Shown: positions 28,211 through 38,774, numbered from the stretch's first letter. The stretch is DNA of 64,000 bases from Synechococcus sp. (GCA_047284725.1 JBJBEO010000001.1:1752203-1816202), one strand, 5' to 3'. The notes: generated from the letters alone by a model not told the origin. Numbers and translations: made by a program.

Positions 28211-29836
28211 TCAGGCCAGCCAGGGCCAGCGGATCCCGACCGCATCCAACCGATCCATCACCACTCTGTTGAGGGCACGGCCCAGCACCACCTGGGGTTC
28301 ATCGGTACGAATGGGGCGCACGGGATGGGGACGACCTGGCGCCGCACCACTGCCGCGCACCAGACCACGTTGCAACAACGCATTGGCTGCCTCCAGACCG
28401 CACACGTAGGCCCTCTCCTGGCAGAGGCCCTTGGCACCGAACTCCTGCTCACCCATCCGCACCCAATCACCGGCACACACCAGCGTTGGCAACGACGTCT
28501 GCAGCGGGGGCCGTTGCTGAAAGCTTCCCGGTGAAAACAACGACACCGAGCCCGGATAACGCCGCACCTCCTGATCCACCAGCTGGGCGGCGCGGAAGGC
28601 CGGTTGCACCATCGGCAACAGCTCCTGCATCAGGCAGTCGACGATGGCCTGATCACTCAGCTGCCGGATCGCCGTGGCGTTGTAGAAATCGCTGGCCACC
28701 ACGGAGCCCTGCACCGGAGCGCCACCCCAGAGCTCACTCTGGTGGTCGCGTTGCAGCTGATCCAGCATGAAAAAGGTGGCCCCGGATCCCTGCAGGGCCT
28801 GGAAGCGTGAGAACACATTGGCGGGATCAGCCACCGGCACCGTGCGATCCAGCCACAACCGCACCGACACCACATCGATGGCTCCGAGGCGACCGGCACG
28901 CACCAGCTCCGGAGTGCGGGCCGCGCACCCCGGTGAGTTGCCCATCAGGGCCCCCATCCCCCTGGCACCCACCGCCAGCACCACGGCATCCACATCCCTG
29001 ATCTCAGCGCTCTGACCCGTAGCCACCGAACGGGTCTCCACCGACGAGACGCGCGTGCCGTCAGCGGAGAGGATCAGACGCGATGCCAGCGTTCCCCCCA
29101 GCACCTCCAGCTGATGCTGAGCGCAAAGGCGTTGGCTCAGCGGCGCCAACAGCTGTTCAGCAACGCTCTTGCTTTTGATCCAGCGCACATCAAAGGAATC
29201 CTGATGGGCCAGGGCGTAGTAGTACAGCAACTCCATCGTCACCGCAGCCGACAGCTCTTCCGGTGGTTTGAACAGTCCCACCAACAGGGTCGGCCGCAGG
29301 AACTCATTGATCATGCGATCGCTGATCCGCAGCTGCTTGAACAGCGTCAGGGCATCGATCCGGTCGTACTGCTCGTACACCGCCTGGTTGCGATGCAGAT
29401 CGAGCATGGCGACCAGCAGACCGGCGATGCTCAGGCGATCGGCAACCGGCAGTCGCTTGAAGTGGTTGATCGTGGCGAAGGCCTGACCCAGCGGACTGGG
29501 CAGCTGGGGGCCGTCAGCGAACACCGGTGCCGTGGCTTCCAGCCCCTGTGGAGACCAGAAGGCACTGGTGGTGAACTCGGTGAACACATCGCTGAGGCCG
29601 AGCTCATCGGTGAGCGCATTGATGTTGGGATAGTCCTTCCAGAAGCCTCGGGTACCGGCTTCAAAGGGCTTGCCGCTGGCGGTGGTGAGCGGCGTGCCAC
29701 CGGTCGGATCCGCCATCCCATCCAGGAGGGTGACGCGCACACCGGCTTCGCAGAGGGCCTTGGCCGCTCCCCAGCCAGCCCAACCGGCACCGATCACCAC
29801 CACATGGGAAGGATTGGAGGCGTCAGTCATGGCCAT
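28211..29836 (-). CDS. FAD-dependent oxidoreductase (amine oxidase / carotenoid desaturase-like)
   Basis: VIGAGWAG, EAGTRGFWKDYPN, AGDWV...LCQERA. Confidence 0.88.
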   Translation of the reverse strand: MAMTDASNPSHVVVIGAGWAGWGAAKALCEAGVRVTLLDGMADPTGGTPLTTASGKPFEAGTRGFWKDYPNINALTDELGLSDVFTEFTTSAFWSPQGLEATAPVFADGPQLPSPLGQAFATINHFKRLPVADRLSIAGLLVAMLDLHRNQAVYEQYDRIDALTLFKQLRISDRMINEFLRPTLLVGLFKPPEELSAAVTMELLYYYALAHQDSFDVRWIKSKSVAEQLLAPLSQRLCAQHQLEVLGGTLASRLILSADGTRVSSVETRSVATGQSAEIRDVDAVVLAVGARGMGALMGNSPGCAARTPELVRAGRLGAIDVVSVRLWLDRTVPVADPANVFSRFQALQGSGATFFMLDQLQRDHQSELWGGAPVQGSVVASDFYNATAIRQLSDQAIVDCLMQELLPMVQPAFRAAQLVDQEVRRYPGSVSLFSPGSFQQRPPLQTSLPTLVCAGDWVRMGEQEFGAKGLCQERAYVCGLEAANALLQRGLVRGSGAAPGRPHPVRPIRTDEPQVVLGRALNRVVMDRLDAVGIRWPWLA

Positions 29837-30000
29837 CACTCCAGGGAAAATTCACGGCGCAACGCCCGGGCATCCTGAATGCGTTGCGCGACAGCCAGCT
29901 GGCGCAGGCGTTGGGTCAACCAGATCCGCAGCCGGGTGGTGGCCACCGATTGGTGCAACAGCGAGTCGCTGGGCTGGGGCTCGCCGAAGGGAATCGTCAT
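29836..30000 (-). CDS. Small hypothetical protein
   Basis: MTIPFGEPQPSD...ARALRREFSLE; stop overlaps the next ATG. Confidence 0.55.
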   Translation of the reverse strand: MTIPFGEPQPSDSLLHQSVATTRLRIWLTQRLRQLAVAQRIQDARALRREFSLE

Positions 30001-30134
30001 CGGCAGCAGGCGGCAGTTGAGGGTAGGAACAACGCCATCGGCACCGCTGGAGTTCAGTCCGCAGGGGAATGGTGCACGCCGCAGTGGCCAGGCCCCTGCC
30101 GCCACGATGCCTTCACACGAAGAACGATCGCGCC

Positions 30135-30752
30135 ATGCACGACCCACGTTCCACCCTGCTGGAACACAACAGCGGCGACTGGTCGGGCTGCTTCATCCGC
30201 CTGAATGCGGGCGGCCTGGAGCAGGAACGGTTTCCCACGCTGCTCAAGGTGGAGGACGTTGATGGCGTGATTCAGACCTGCCTCACCTATGAGAACAGCG
30301 GCGAGACACGCACCATGAACCTCGCGAGCTTGCCCTTCACGATGCAGGTGAATGCCCAGGGTGGCTGGTCGCTGGGTCCCAGCTCGATCACCCCATGGAC
30401 CTGGGTGGGCGAACTCTGCGTGGTGCGGGGGCTTCAACGCCGCCGAGTGATCGTGCGCCATGGCATCCGAGGCCTCGACGGTGTGGTGTACGTGCAGGAA
30501 CGCCGTGGCGAGCATCCCGAGGAGGTGCCCCTGCCCAGGCCCTTGCAATGCGCAAGCCACCCCAGCAACGACCTCACGATCTGGACTCCCGAACCAGGCG
30601 TGGAGCTGCTGCTCGACACGCGCGTGCGGCAGAGCGGCGATGCCACCGCCTGCGGCCTGCGTTGGCACCACCCGGGCGGGGAGACCCACCAGATCGTGAG
30701 GCGGTACGACGCCCAAGGCCAGATGCAACCTCTCTCAGAGGCCTGGCCCTGA
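30135..30752 (+). CDS. DUF3598-like protein
   Basis: LEHNSGDWSGCF, GGWSLGP, IVRRYD. Confidence 0.75.
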   Translation: MHDPRSTLLEHNSGDWSGCFIRLNAGGLEQERFPTLLKVEDVDGVIQTCLTYENSGETRTMNLASLPFTMQVNAQGGWSLGPSSITPWTWVGELCVVRGLQRRRVIVRHGIRGLDGVVYVQERRGEHPEEVPLPRPLQCASHPSNDLTIWTPEPGVELLLDTRVRQSGDATACGLRWHHPGGETHQIVRRYDAQGQMQPLSEAWP

Positions 30753-30871
30753 AGCGGCAACAACCTTCAGGCCTCATCACGCGACCGAACCTTGCACGGC
30801 GGCAAGCCGCATCTATCTCTGCAGCGACGATCGCCCTAAACCTGGTTCAGGGCCCATGGGACGGGGCACTC

Positions 30872-30906
30872 ACTCCTGAGGGCTTTGGCGCTCAGGAGTT
30901 TTTTTT
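30872..30906 (+). terminator. Rho-independent terminator
   Basis: ACTCCTGAG...CTCAGGAGT stem followed by a T-run. Confidence 0.8.
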
Positions 30907-30920
30907 GCAGCGGCGGCGGC

Positions 30921-31187
30921 TCAGTTGGCCTTCTGGAAACCAGGGCCTGGCTTCACGGGCGTGCCGCCATTGCAGAAGTTGGAGGCAAACACCTCCTGGT
31001 CCTGCACCGTCCAGTCGGGTTTGTTGGCCTGATACCAGGCGATGCTGTCGGCGTAACAGGTGTTCCACCGGGTCGCCTGCTCGGCGATCGGCCGCAGCGA
31101 AACAGCAATCGACACGGAGCTCACCGTGGCCACCAGGCCCAGCAACGGGAATAGGTGAGCGTTGAGCATCTCGCGGGCCTTCGACAT
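30921..31187 (-). CDS. Small membrane-anchored/secreted protein
   Basis: N-terminal TM helix; WNTC...FCNGG. Confidence 0.7.
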   Translation of the reverse strand: MSKAREMLNAHLFPLLGLVATVSSVSIAVSLRPIAEQATRWNTCYADSIAWYQANKPDWTVQDQEVFASNFCNGGTPVKPGPGFQKAN

Positions 31188-31409
31188 CACGTCCTGAGCG
31201 TCTGCCTGCCTGTCCTAGCCGTCCCGCATCGGACACGCCGTTCAAACTTTCGGTGGGTTGGCCCGCAAAGGCAATGCGCCTTTACACGGATAGGCAACCC
31301 CGCCCAGCCAGCGCAAAGTAGGTGCATCGAGATCGGAGGCGCTGATGACAGCCGACACTCCACCTGAGCAAACCTAAGAAGCAGACTGACTTCTGGCCCC
31401 TGCTCCAAC

Positions 31410-31623
31410 AGTTTCCACTCATCCGTAGAGCTGGTCCTTTCGCAGGCACTGATCCGGTGCGCCACGCGAATCGACACTCCACTGCACCGCCCAACGCTGC
31501 TCATGCAGACAAGGTGCCCCGGAGCTTCATCAGCACTACACCTGGACGTCATGGCCCCAGGGTTGCCAACGCCAGAACGCTTCGCCCCTTTCCTTCTTTC
31601 CCAAGACGTGACGGGGTTGAACC
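31410..31623. repeat. ~210-bp dispersed repeat, copy 1
   Basis: Core 31430-31498 matches 36738-36806 at 59/69 positions (counted by hand); weaker similarity extends on both sides. Confidence 0.85.
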
Positions 31624-31736
31624 ATGCGCGAACGAGCGAGCTAGGCCGTCTTCCCACCCGGGAAGGCGGCCTTCCTCGTGACGTCAGCGATGGTCTGAGC
31701 CATCGTTGAGGCAAGACCCTGTTGGCACCCGACGTC

Positions 31737-32651
31737 ATGAGCCTCTGGACGCAGCTGCGCAGCGAATTCATCGACGTCATCGAATGGGATGAAGATGGAA
31801 GTGACACCCTGGTGTGGCGATTCCCCCGCCAGGACAACGCCATCAAGACCGGCGCACAGTTGATCGTTCGGGAAGGGCAGCATGCGGTGTTCGTGAGCGA
31901 AGGACAGGTGGTCGACCACTTCGGCCCTGGTCGCCATCAACTCACCACCCGCAATCTGCCGCTGCTGACCACACTGCTGTCCCTGCCCACCGCGTTTGAA
32001 AGCCCGTTCAAGGCCGATGTGTTCTTTGTGGCACTACGCTGCTTCACCAACATCAAATGGGGAACCCGGCATCCCTGGATCCTTCGCGACCCCGAGCTCG
32101 GACCGGTCCGGGTTCGGGGTTTCGGCAGTTTCTGCGTTCAGGTGACTGATCCCGTCAGCCTGATCCGTCATCTCAATGGCAGCAACGCGACCTTCACCCT
32201 TGAAGGCATCCAGGAACAGTTGCGCAATCTGGTGGTCAGTCGCCTGGCCGACCAACTGGGAGAAAACAGAATCCCCGTCCTCGACCTGGCGTCGTCGTAT
32301 GACGAGATCGCGGCAACATTGGAAGAATCGCTGAGCAAGACAAGGCATGACTTCGGCCTGGTCATCAGCAAGCTTCTGATTGAGAGCCTCACCCTGCCGC
32401 CTGAAGTGGAAGCGGCGATCGACCGCCGCGCAGCCATCGCCCTCACCGGGGATCTGGCCGCATTCCGCACCTATCAGGAAGGCATTGCCCTGGAGAAAGC
32501 AGCCGCCAACCCTGGCGGGACCGGCGCAGCGGGTGCCGGTCTGGCGATGGGTTTCGCTCTCGGTGAGCGGCTCAGTCCGCCGGCGAACACCCCAGCTGAG
32601 CAGGCAGACAACGACACACCCACCAACCCGGACAACGCTGAGACGCCATGA
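31737..32651 (+). CDS. SPFH-domain protein (YdjI-like)
   Basis: FIDVIEW...LVWRF, GAQLIVREGQ, KWGT. Confidence 0.88.
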   Translation: MSLWTQLRSEFIDVIEWDEDGSDTLVWRFPRQDNAIKTGAQLIVREGQHAVFVSEGQVVDHFGPGRHQLTTRNLPLLTTLLSLPTAFESPFKADVFFVALRCFTNIKWGTRHPWILRDPELGPVRVRGFGSFCVQVTDPVSLIRHLNGSNATFTLEGIQEQLRNLVVSRLADQLGENRIPVLDLASSYDEIAATLEESLSKTRHDFGLVISKLLIESLTLPPEVEAAIDRRAAIALTGDLAAFRTYQEGIALEKAAANPGGTGAAGAGLAMGFALGERLSPPANTPAEQADNDTPTNPDNAETP

Positions 32652-33373
32652 GTTGCCCCTGCTGCGCAGCCCCGCTCCCCGCAACCGATGTGGTGTGTCG
32701 TTACTGCGGCCACCGCATCGACTTCGATCTGAAGGACTGGCGAAGCATGCGGAGTGCAGCGGCCGGCGGCCCCTTGCAATGCCCCGATTGCCGGACGGAT
32801 CTCGAGCACCTTGAGATCGGAGACGCCAAGGCGGGCGACCCTGCCATCAGGCTGGCGCGATGTGCCGCCTGTCTTGGACTGTTTCTGCCCCTCGGCACCC
32901 TTGAACAACTGCTGGACAGCAGTCCTGTGCAAGCCACGAGCGTGAACCACCGTGTGCTCGACAACCTGCTGAAGGCGAATCACTCAGCCGCATCCACGCC
33001 GCGTTACCGCCGATGCCCATCGTGCAGCACCTTGATGCACCGCAAATTGCACGGCAAACGCAGCGGTGTGATTGTCGACAGCTGCCGCGACCACGGTCTC
33101 TGGCTCGATGCCGGTGAACTCCGGCAGCTGATGGAGTGGTGCCAAGCCGGTGGACGGCTGTGGGATGAGAAGAGACGCGCCATGGAGCGCAGCGAGCAGG
33201 AGCGTCGCGACCGCCTGGACAACCGGGAGCAGGCCGAGCAACGCCTCTTGATGGAAGCGGAGCTGACCATGGAACATCGCAACCGAGGTCATCGGCGAGA
33301 AACCGACATGGTGGAAGACCTGGTGATGGCGTTGGTGGAGGCGGTGGGGGAGGCCCTGTTTTCACGCTCCTAG
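32648..33373 (+). CDS. Multi zinc-ribbon (zf-TFIIB-like) protein
   Basis: Several CxxC pairs and GLWLDAGEL; coupled to the SPFH gene. Confidence 0.8.
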   Translation: MSCPCCAAPLPATDVVCRYCGHRIDFDLKDWRSMRSAAAGGPLQCPDCRTDLEHLEIGDAKAGDPAIRLARCAACLGLFLPLGTLEQLLDSSPVQATSVNHRVLDNLLKANHSAASTPRYRRCPSCSTLMHRKLHGKRSGVIVDSCRDHGLWLDAGELRQLMEWCQAGGRLWDEKRRAMERSEQERRDRLDNREQAEQRLLMEAELTMEHRNRGHRRETDMVEDLVMALVEAVGEALFSRS

Positions 33374-33382
33374 ACCCAACGA

Positions 33383-33886
33383 TCAGTTCATGCGGTCATC
33401 CAGTCGTTGTTTCAGCAGCTCGATTTCAGCCTGCAGTTCAGCATTGGACGCGTCGCCGGCCCCCGGAGCTGACGCCTGCCGGCCCTCCGAGTCATAGGCC
33501 CTGAGCCCACGAAACATCAGACCACCACCAGCAGCGATCATCACGACATACACCGCGAGCTGCCACAGCGTGGTGGGGCGAAACACCATCCGCACGCTGT
33601 TAAGCACACCAACGAACAAGGCCGCCAGGGAGGCCCAGATCAGCAGGTTGGCCCAACGGCGAACACCACCGGTAAACAGCAAACAGACGCCGATGCCCAG
33701 GGGCACCATCAGCAGACCCATGCCCGGCTCTCCGAGGGGAAAGGCAACACCGCCGCCCCAGCCTCTGGCGATGCCGATCTGAGAGCGGACCATCACCTGA
33801 TTGGCCAGCAGGAAGCCTCCGGCCCCGAACAGACACCCCCCGATCAGGAACTGACTGAAATCACCAGCGGCACGACGTCGACCCAT
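33383..33886 (-). CDS. Hypothetical membrane protein
   Basis: About four hydrophobic segments and a coiled C-terminus. Confidence 0.75.
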   Translation of the reverse strand: MGRRRAAGDFSQFLIGGCLFGAGGFLLANQVMVRSQIGIARGWGGGVAFPLGEPGMGLLMVPLGIGVCLLFTGGVRRWANLLIWASLAALFVGVLNSVRMVFRPTTLWQLAVYVVMIAAGGGLMFRGLRAYDSEGRQASAPGAGDASNAELQAEIELLKQRLDDRMN

Positions 33887-33982
33887 GGCAGGCGATCACA
33901 GCAGTGTCCCCACGATCGTCGTGAATCGCGTGGCTGTCATCCAAGCCAGTGGGCAACGGGTCTCAGGGCAGCCAATGCCCCC

Positions 33983-34258
33983 TTAAAACTCCTCCTCATC
34001 AAGAAGAAACAGATCGCCCAGGAAAGGCTCGTTACCGGCTGGCGCGTCGTTCTCCATCACCATCTCACGAATGGCATCATCGGCCTTGAACACAATCAGA
34101 TCGTGATCAGCACCATCCACGCCCTGCATCTCTGGGTGGCCACCAATCATCCGGCGTACACTGCGCCATTCATCAAATTGGCCATAAAACCGCCTTGCAA
34201 CAACATCAAGAAGCAGCAAATCAGCCAGAATCAAAAAGACAATTATGAGGAATGTCAT
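33983..34258 (-). CDS. Small hypothetical membrane protein
   Basis: GAGG RBS before ATG; N-terminal TM; acidic tail. Confidence 0.55.
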   Translation of the reverse strand: MTFLIIVFLILADLLLLDVVARRFYGQFDEWRSVRRMIGGHPEMQGVDGADHDLIVFKADDAIREMVMENDAPAGNEPFLGDLFLLDEEEF

Positions 34259-34448
34259 TAGGCCTCCTCTTGGCTTTCTGAAGCCTATCTTCAGCAGCAA
34301 TTAACGTAAATCGTGACACCACGACAGCAAGAATACTCAGGTTCGAAAGCCAGACTGGCCATCACAAGCCTCAGTAAAGAACGGTTGTCTCTGCTGTGAA
34401 ATTCAAAGCAAACCACCTAGACCAGAAAGAGAGACGAAGGTGGCCGAC

Positions 34449-34577
34449 ATGTTCAACACCCTTGCCTGGTCCGCGCTCATCATGGTGACGATGGTGGCGT
34501 TTCTCGCCTTGGTCGTCGGCGAGGTTCAGCTACTGAGCCAAGATTCAGACACAAGCCAATCAGACGCAACTCGCTGA
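34449..34577 (+). CDS. Possible small TM peptide (42 aa)
   Basis: MFNTLAWSALIMVTMVAFLALVVGEV... with AAGG upstream. Confidence 0.35.
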   Translation: MFNTLAWSALIMVTMVAFLALVVGEVQLLSQDSDTSQSDATR

Positions 34578-34584
34578 CCAAAGC

Positions 34585-34902
34585 TCAGATCTCCCGGCTG
34601 ATCCAACTCTCCTGGCCAAGCCCATCGAGCCCATGCACAACATGGGCGATCAGATCAGCCTGAATCAAACGAATATCACCCGAGTCAACGTCCCAGACCC
34701 GAAGCAACGAAGGTGCAGCCGACTGCTGATCACCGCCTTCACAAAAGAGAATCTGACCCATCCACCAATCTTCCGACCCACGCCGATCCACCTGATCGGG
34801 CAAGCGAACAATCACATATTGACCAGGCAACACGGCCAAAGCCCCAGGCGATGAGCCAGCCCCCGAGCACATCCGAACGGCGCCTGGAGAGTCGGAGTCC
34901 AT
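34585..34902 (-). CDS. DUF3104-like protein
   Basis: V.PGQYVIV...DWWMGQILFCEGG...PSL..V.DVDSG.I. Confidence 0.75.
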   Translation of the reverse strand: MDSDSPGAVRMCSGAGSSPGALAVLPGQYVIVRLPDQVDRRGSEDWWMGQILFCEGGDQQSAAPSLLRVWDVDSGDIRLIQADLIAHVVHGLDGLGQESWISREI

Positions 34903-35314
34903 TCCTAGTACGCACGCACTAATCACGTTCTAACGCACCTTTCCGGAGAAGAAATGAGCAAGACCGCGCACTCCACTCTTAATCCCCACAATCACTCACG
35001 CAACCTTCACCCCACTCCCTCCAACGGAAGGGGTCCGAAACGCCAAACCATCCCTCTTCATGGCCACCATTCAGCGATCACAGCACCGAGGCGCTGCCAA
35101 TCAGGCCAGGTCAGATGCACACGCGATGCCAAGGCAGAGGAGACTCGCCGACCCCGAGCCGGGCACAACGCAGTGCATCACTGATTCGAAGCGATCGGAA
35201 CGAAATCATGGAACAACAATCGCCCAGGAGTCATCAACAACGTCACAGTCAGACAAGACAGGATTGAAGCGTGCTGATCGAGCATGCTCGGGGCTGCTCA
35301 ATCACGATTGCGAC

Positions 35315-35845
35315 CTAAACCTCGTTCCACTTCGCATAAACCGTGAAGGCACCCCTTGGCGAAGGCACGATTCCGATCGTCAAATGCTCACCAGGCTTCG
35401 ACCAAAAACTGGCACCGACGAATTGCTTTCCTTTGACATCCCACCACTCCGGGCTGTCGGACTCCATCAATCCACAGGTGCCGCATTCTCTGAATCCCGA
35501 CAGTGGTACATACTCATGAAGAAAGATCTGATCAATCGAGTCAACATACGCAACAAATTTAAATTGCATTGAATCATCCAAAAAGCCTGGAAAATATCTC
35601 AAACCAATTGGCGTGATACGTGCATTGGGTTGGACACCCACAAGCTGACGCGCATTGGAGACTTGCGCACTGCTCAGACTTGTAGTCTCCTCGGGCATAA
35701 AGATGACTGACATAACTGCCACGGCGAACAGACCAGCAAGATATTCATAGGGTTTATAGATCAGCCAATACAAGAATTGCAGCAGCACAGGATGGGGGAT
35801 CATGGCGGTTGAAGATGGGCTCCCGGCCTGAGAGAGGGCAGTCAA
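35315..35845 (-). CDS. Hypothetical protein
   Basis: 176-aa ORF with an N-terminal TM; lower GC. Confidence 0.55.
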   Translation of the reverse strand: MTALSQAGSPSSTAMIPHPVLLQFLYWLIYKPYEYLAGLFAVAVMSVIFMPEETTSLSSAQVSNARQLVGVQPNARITPIGLRYFPGFLDDSMQFKFVAYVDSIDQIFLHEYVPLSGFRECGTCGLMESDSPEWWDVKGKQFVGASFWSKPGEHLTIGIVPSPRGAFTVYAKWNEV

Positions 35846-35984
35846 GAGGAGCGATTCATGTTGACCCTAGGTGACCTGTCTGGGACGACTGAAGCGAGAA
35901 GAGACAACGATCACGAATCCGCCGCCGAAACACCAACAAGCAAACCGAACGGCAGTTCGCACCGTCCGTCGCGGATCTTTCCAT

Positions 35985-36668
35985 TCACGGTGAACGCCGC
36001 TCCAGATAGAGGAGGTAATTGTTGAACTCTTGCTTGCTCATCGTCTCCGTTGTGCCGATCAGCCATCGACCGCCAGGCGTTTTGGCACGGTCACTCAAGA
36101 TGTACCAGGGTTGCCTAGGCTTCAGATAGTTGGGGTTGGGGGCATCAACCTTCACGGTGACGGTCTTGAATCCATAGGTGAAGTCGCGTCCTTCCTCCAT
36201 CAACGGATAGGGAGGCCGGCCCTCCCAGCCAGGCTCCGGTAGACAGAGATCAGCGACACACCTTCCAAAGGAGTGCGTGCCCCTTGATCGGAGCGTGCCA
36301 TTACGGGCTTGCCGCTTCAACCACTCTCGATCAGCTTTGTGATAAGCCGCGAGCCTGGCCTCTCCGGCCAAGGTGTATCGCTTCACAGTCACATCGTTCT
36401 GTTGAACGTCCCGATCGACCTTGATGGTCTTTTCGCGGTCCAATGGCGTGACTCTGACAGTCGGGTCGTTGTCGTTGTATTGGCTCACCCGCCAGAAACC
36501 ATCCTGTTGCTCGACCGCATAGACACTGGCTTGAGCAGGCGCGGCGATCACCATCACCACAAACGCGGTCACAGTGGAGTGAATCACGGCAGAACAATGG
36601 TTGAACGATGCACAATCACGCTTGCATTCACACGTCAGAGTCATCGCATCACACGCATGATCGATCAA
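35985..36668 (-). CDS. Hypothetical secreted protein (start uncertain)
   Basis: Signal-like TAFVVMVIAAPAQA followed by a globular domain. Confidence 0.6.
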   Translation of the reverse strand: MIDHACDAMTLTCECKRDCASFNHCSAVIHSTVTAFVVMVIAAPAQASVYAVEQQDGFWRVSQYNDNDPTVRVTPLDREKTIKVDRDVQQNDVTVKRYTLAGEARLAAYHKADREWLKRQARNGTLRSRGTHSFGRCVADLCLPEPGWEGRPPYPLMEEGRDFTYGFKTVTVKVDAPNPNYLKPRQPWYILSDRAKTPGGRWLIGTTETMSKQEFNNYLLYLERRSP

Positions 36669-36718
36669 GCATCACAGCCATGCCTTTGGAGCGCGAATCA
36701 TGATGTCTGCCAATCAAG

Positions 36719-36934
36719 AGTTTCACCTATTGGTCGCGCTGGTCGCTTTGCAGACACGGATCCGGTGCGCCATGCCAATCGACACTCCACTGCACCGCCT
36801 GACGCACTTCGCTCAAACAAGGGAACCCGGCCCGCATCAGCACGACTGACCCCTGGACACAACGCCTCCAGGTCGGCCAACGCCTGAATGCTTCGCCCCG
36901 CTCGCTCCTGAACAAGACGCGGCAGGCCTGGAGC
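36719..36934. repeat. ~210-bp dispersed repeat, copy 2
   Basis: Same orientation as copy 1 at 31410-31623. Confidence 0.85.
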
Positions 36935-37045
36935 TCACAGAAAATAGCCATATAACACAAAAAGCCAGCAAAGACAATCAAACCGCCCAAATTGGTGACA
37001 CCTCGAAACACGGTGTTACGATCCTTAACAGTTTTTGCACCGCGG

Positions 37046-38002
37046 ATGTACACGCTCGACAAAGCTCGTCAGATCTTTCCAGAGACCAAGACTGCTGATG
37101 CTGTTCCAGCGATTACAGCCCGCTACAAACTGCTCAGCGCTGAAGACCAGCTGGCTCTGATCTGGTTTGCCTACCTCGAAATGGGGCAGAGCATCACCAT
37201 TGCAGCTCCCGGTGCCGCTCGCATGGCACTCGCCCAGCCCACCCTCGACGAGATCGTGGCGATGAGCTTTGACGAGCAGACCAAAGTGATGTGCGATCTG
37301 GCAGCGAAGATCGAATCGCCGATCTCAACGCTTTATGCCTACTGGTCGGTCAACGTGAAGCTGGGCTTTTGGTACGAGCTCGGTGAATTGATGCGCCAAG
37401 GCAAAGTGGCTCCGATCCCTCAGGGCTACAAGCTTTCCGCGAATGCGTCGTCTGTGCTCGACGCCGTGAAAAAAGTGGAGCAGGGACAGCAGATCACACT
37501 GCTGCGTAACTTTGTTGTCGACATGGGCTTCGATCCGAATCTTGATGACGACAAGGTGATGTCTGAGCCCATCGTTGCTCCGACTCCCATCGAGCAGCGT
37601 GAGCAGATCTTCATCCCCGGAGTGCTCAATGAGACGATCCTGAGCTACATGCAGCTCTTGAATGCCAACGATTTCGATCAACTGATCGACCTCTTCCTCG
37701 AAGATGGAGCCTTGCAGCCTCCCTTCCAGCGTCCGATTGTTGGTCGAGACGCCATTCTCAAGTTTTTCAAGCGCGATTGCCAGAACCTGAAGCTGATGCC
37801 CCAAGGCGGATTCGGGGAGCCCGCTGAAGGAGGGTTCAATCAGATTAAAGTCACCGGCAAAGTACAAACCCCGTGGTTCGGCCGTGAGGTCGGCATGAAT
37901 GTTGCTTGGAGGTTCCTGCTCGACGACAACAACAAGATCTACTTTGTTGCCATCGACTTGCTTGCTTCTCCAGCCGAGCTGCTCAAACTTGGCGCCAAAT
38001 GA
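37046..38002 (+). CDS. ocp: Orange carotenoid protein
   Basis: MYTLDKARQIFP...EDQLALIWFAY, NTF2-like C-terminal domain with VQTPWFG and VAIDLLASP. Confidence 0.97.
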   Translation: MYTLDKARQIFPETKTADAVPAITARYKLLSAEDQLALIWFAYLEMGQSITIAAPGAARMALAQPTLDEIVAMSFDEQTKVMCDLAAKIESPISTLYAYWSVNVKLGFWYELGELMRQGKVAPIPQGYKLSANASSVLDAVKKVEQGQQITLLRNFVVDMGFDPNLDDDKVMSEPIVAPTPIEQREQIFIPGVLNETILSYMQLLNANDFDQLIDLFLEDGALQPPFQRPIVGRDAILKFFKRDCQNLKLMPQGGFGEPAEGGFNQIKVTGKVQTPWFGREVGMNVAWRFLLDDNNKIYFVAIDLLASPAELLKLGAK

Positions 38003-38753
38003 AGTAACACCTGAGCCCAACAAGGGATTAAAACTTGCATGCCTGATTGGGGCCTGTTGGTTTGTGTCCCTTGTGGTTTGCCTGTGTTTCCCTGTTCAAC
38101 AGGAATGCCTTTCTGTGGTGATAGCACTGGTCCTGATTCGCAGTTTTCTGCACACAGGTCTTTTCATTGTCGCCCACGATGCAATGCACCAAAGCCTGGC
38201 TCCAAAATCTTTACCTCTCAACCATAGAATCGGGAATTGGTGCTTGATAGCCTATGCAGGCCTGTCATACAAGAGATGCACACTCAATCATCATCTCCAT
38301 CATCAAAGCCCTGAATCAAAGTCAGATCCCGATTACCACCATACAGATGATCAATCAATCTTAGGTTGGTACATTCATTTTCTCGGCAATTACATCGGGA
38401 AGCTTCAGATCATTCGCCTTGCCGTGATCTGGTTATTCTTGTTTCTAATAAGCCTGAGCTTTCAGGAGTTTGCCGCAAGAGCCGTTGTTCTCTTCGCCAT
38501 TCTTCCTCTGATCATCAGTTCTTGGCAGCTTTTCTTGATCGGGACCTGTCTACCGCACAGGAAACGATGCGATCACAACAAAACTTCCAATCATCCCCGC
38601 AGCCTCAGACTTCCTGCAGCGTTATCATTCGCAGCTTGCTATCACTTTGGCTACCATTGGGAACATCACCAGTTTCCATCAACCCCTTGGTATCAGCTTC
38701 CAAGCCTGAACGTTGCTTATCAACAACACCAAAAAAGTAATCATCATCGATAA
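37989..38753 (+). CDS. crtW: Beta-carotene ketolase
   Basis: His boxes HDAMH, HHLHH, HWEHH, plus CYHFGYH; lies between ocp and frp. Start uncertain. Confidence 0.88.
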   Translation: MAPNEVTPEPNKGLKLACLIGACWFVSLVVCLCFPVQQECLSVVIALVLIRSFLHTGLFIVAHDAMHQSLAPKSLPLNHRIGNWCLIAYAGLSYKRCTLNHHLHHQSPESKSDPDYHHTDDQSILGWYIHFLGNYIGKLQIIRLAVIWLFLFLISLSFQEFAARAVVLFAILPLIISSWQLFLIGTCLPHRKRCDHNKTSNHPRSLRLPAALSFAACYHFGYHWEHHQFPSTPWYQLPSLNVAYQQHQKSNHHR

Positions 38754-38774
38754 AAAAATCCAACTCTCCACCAC

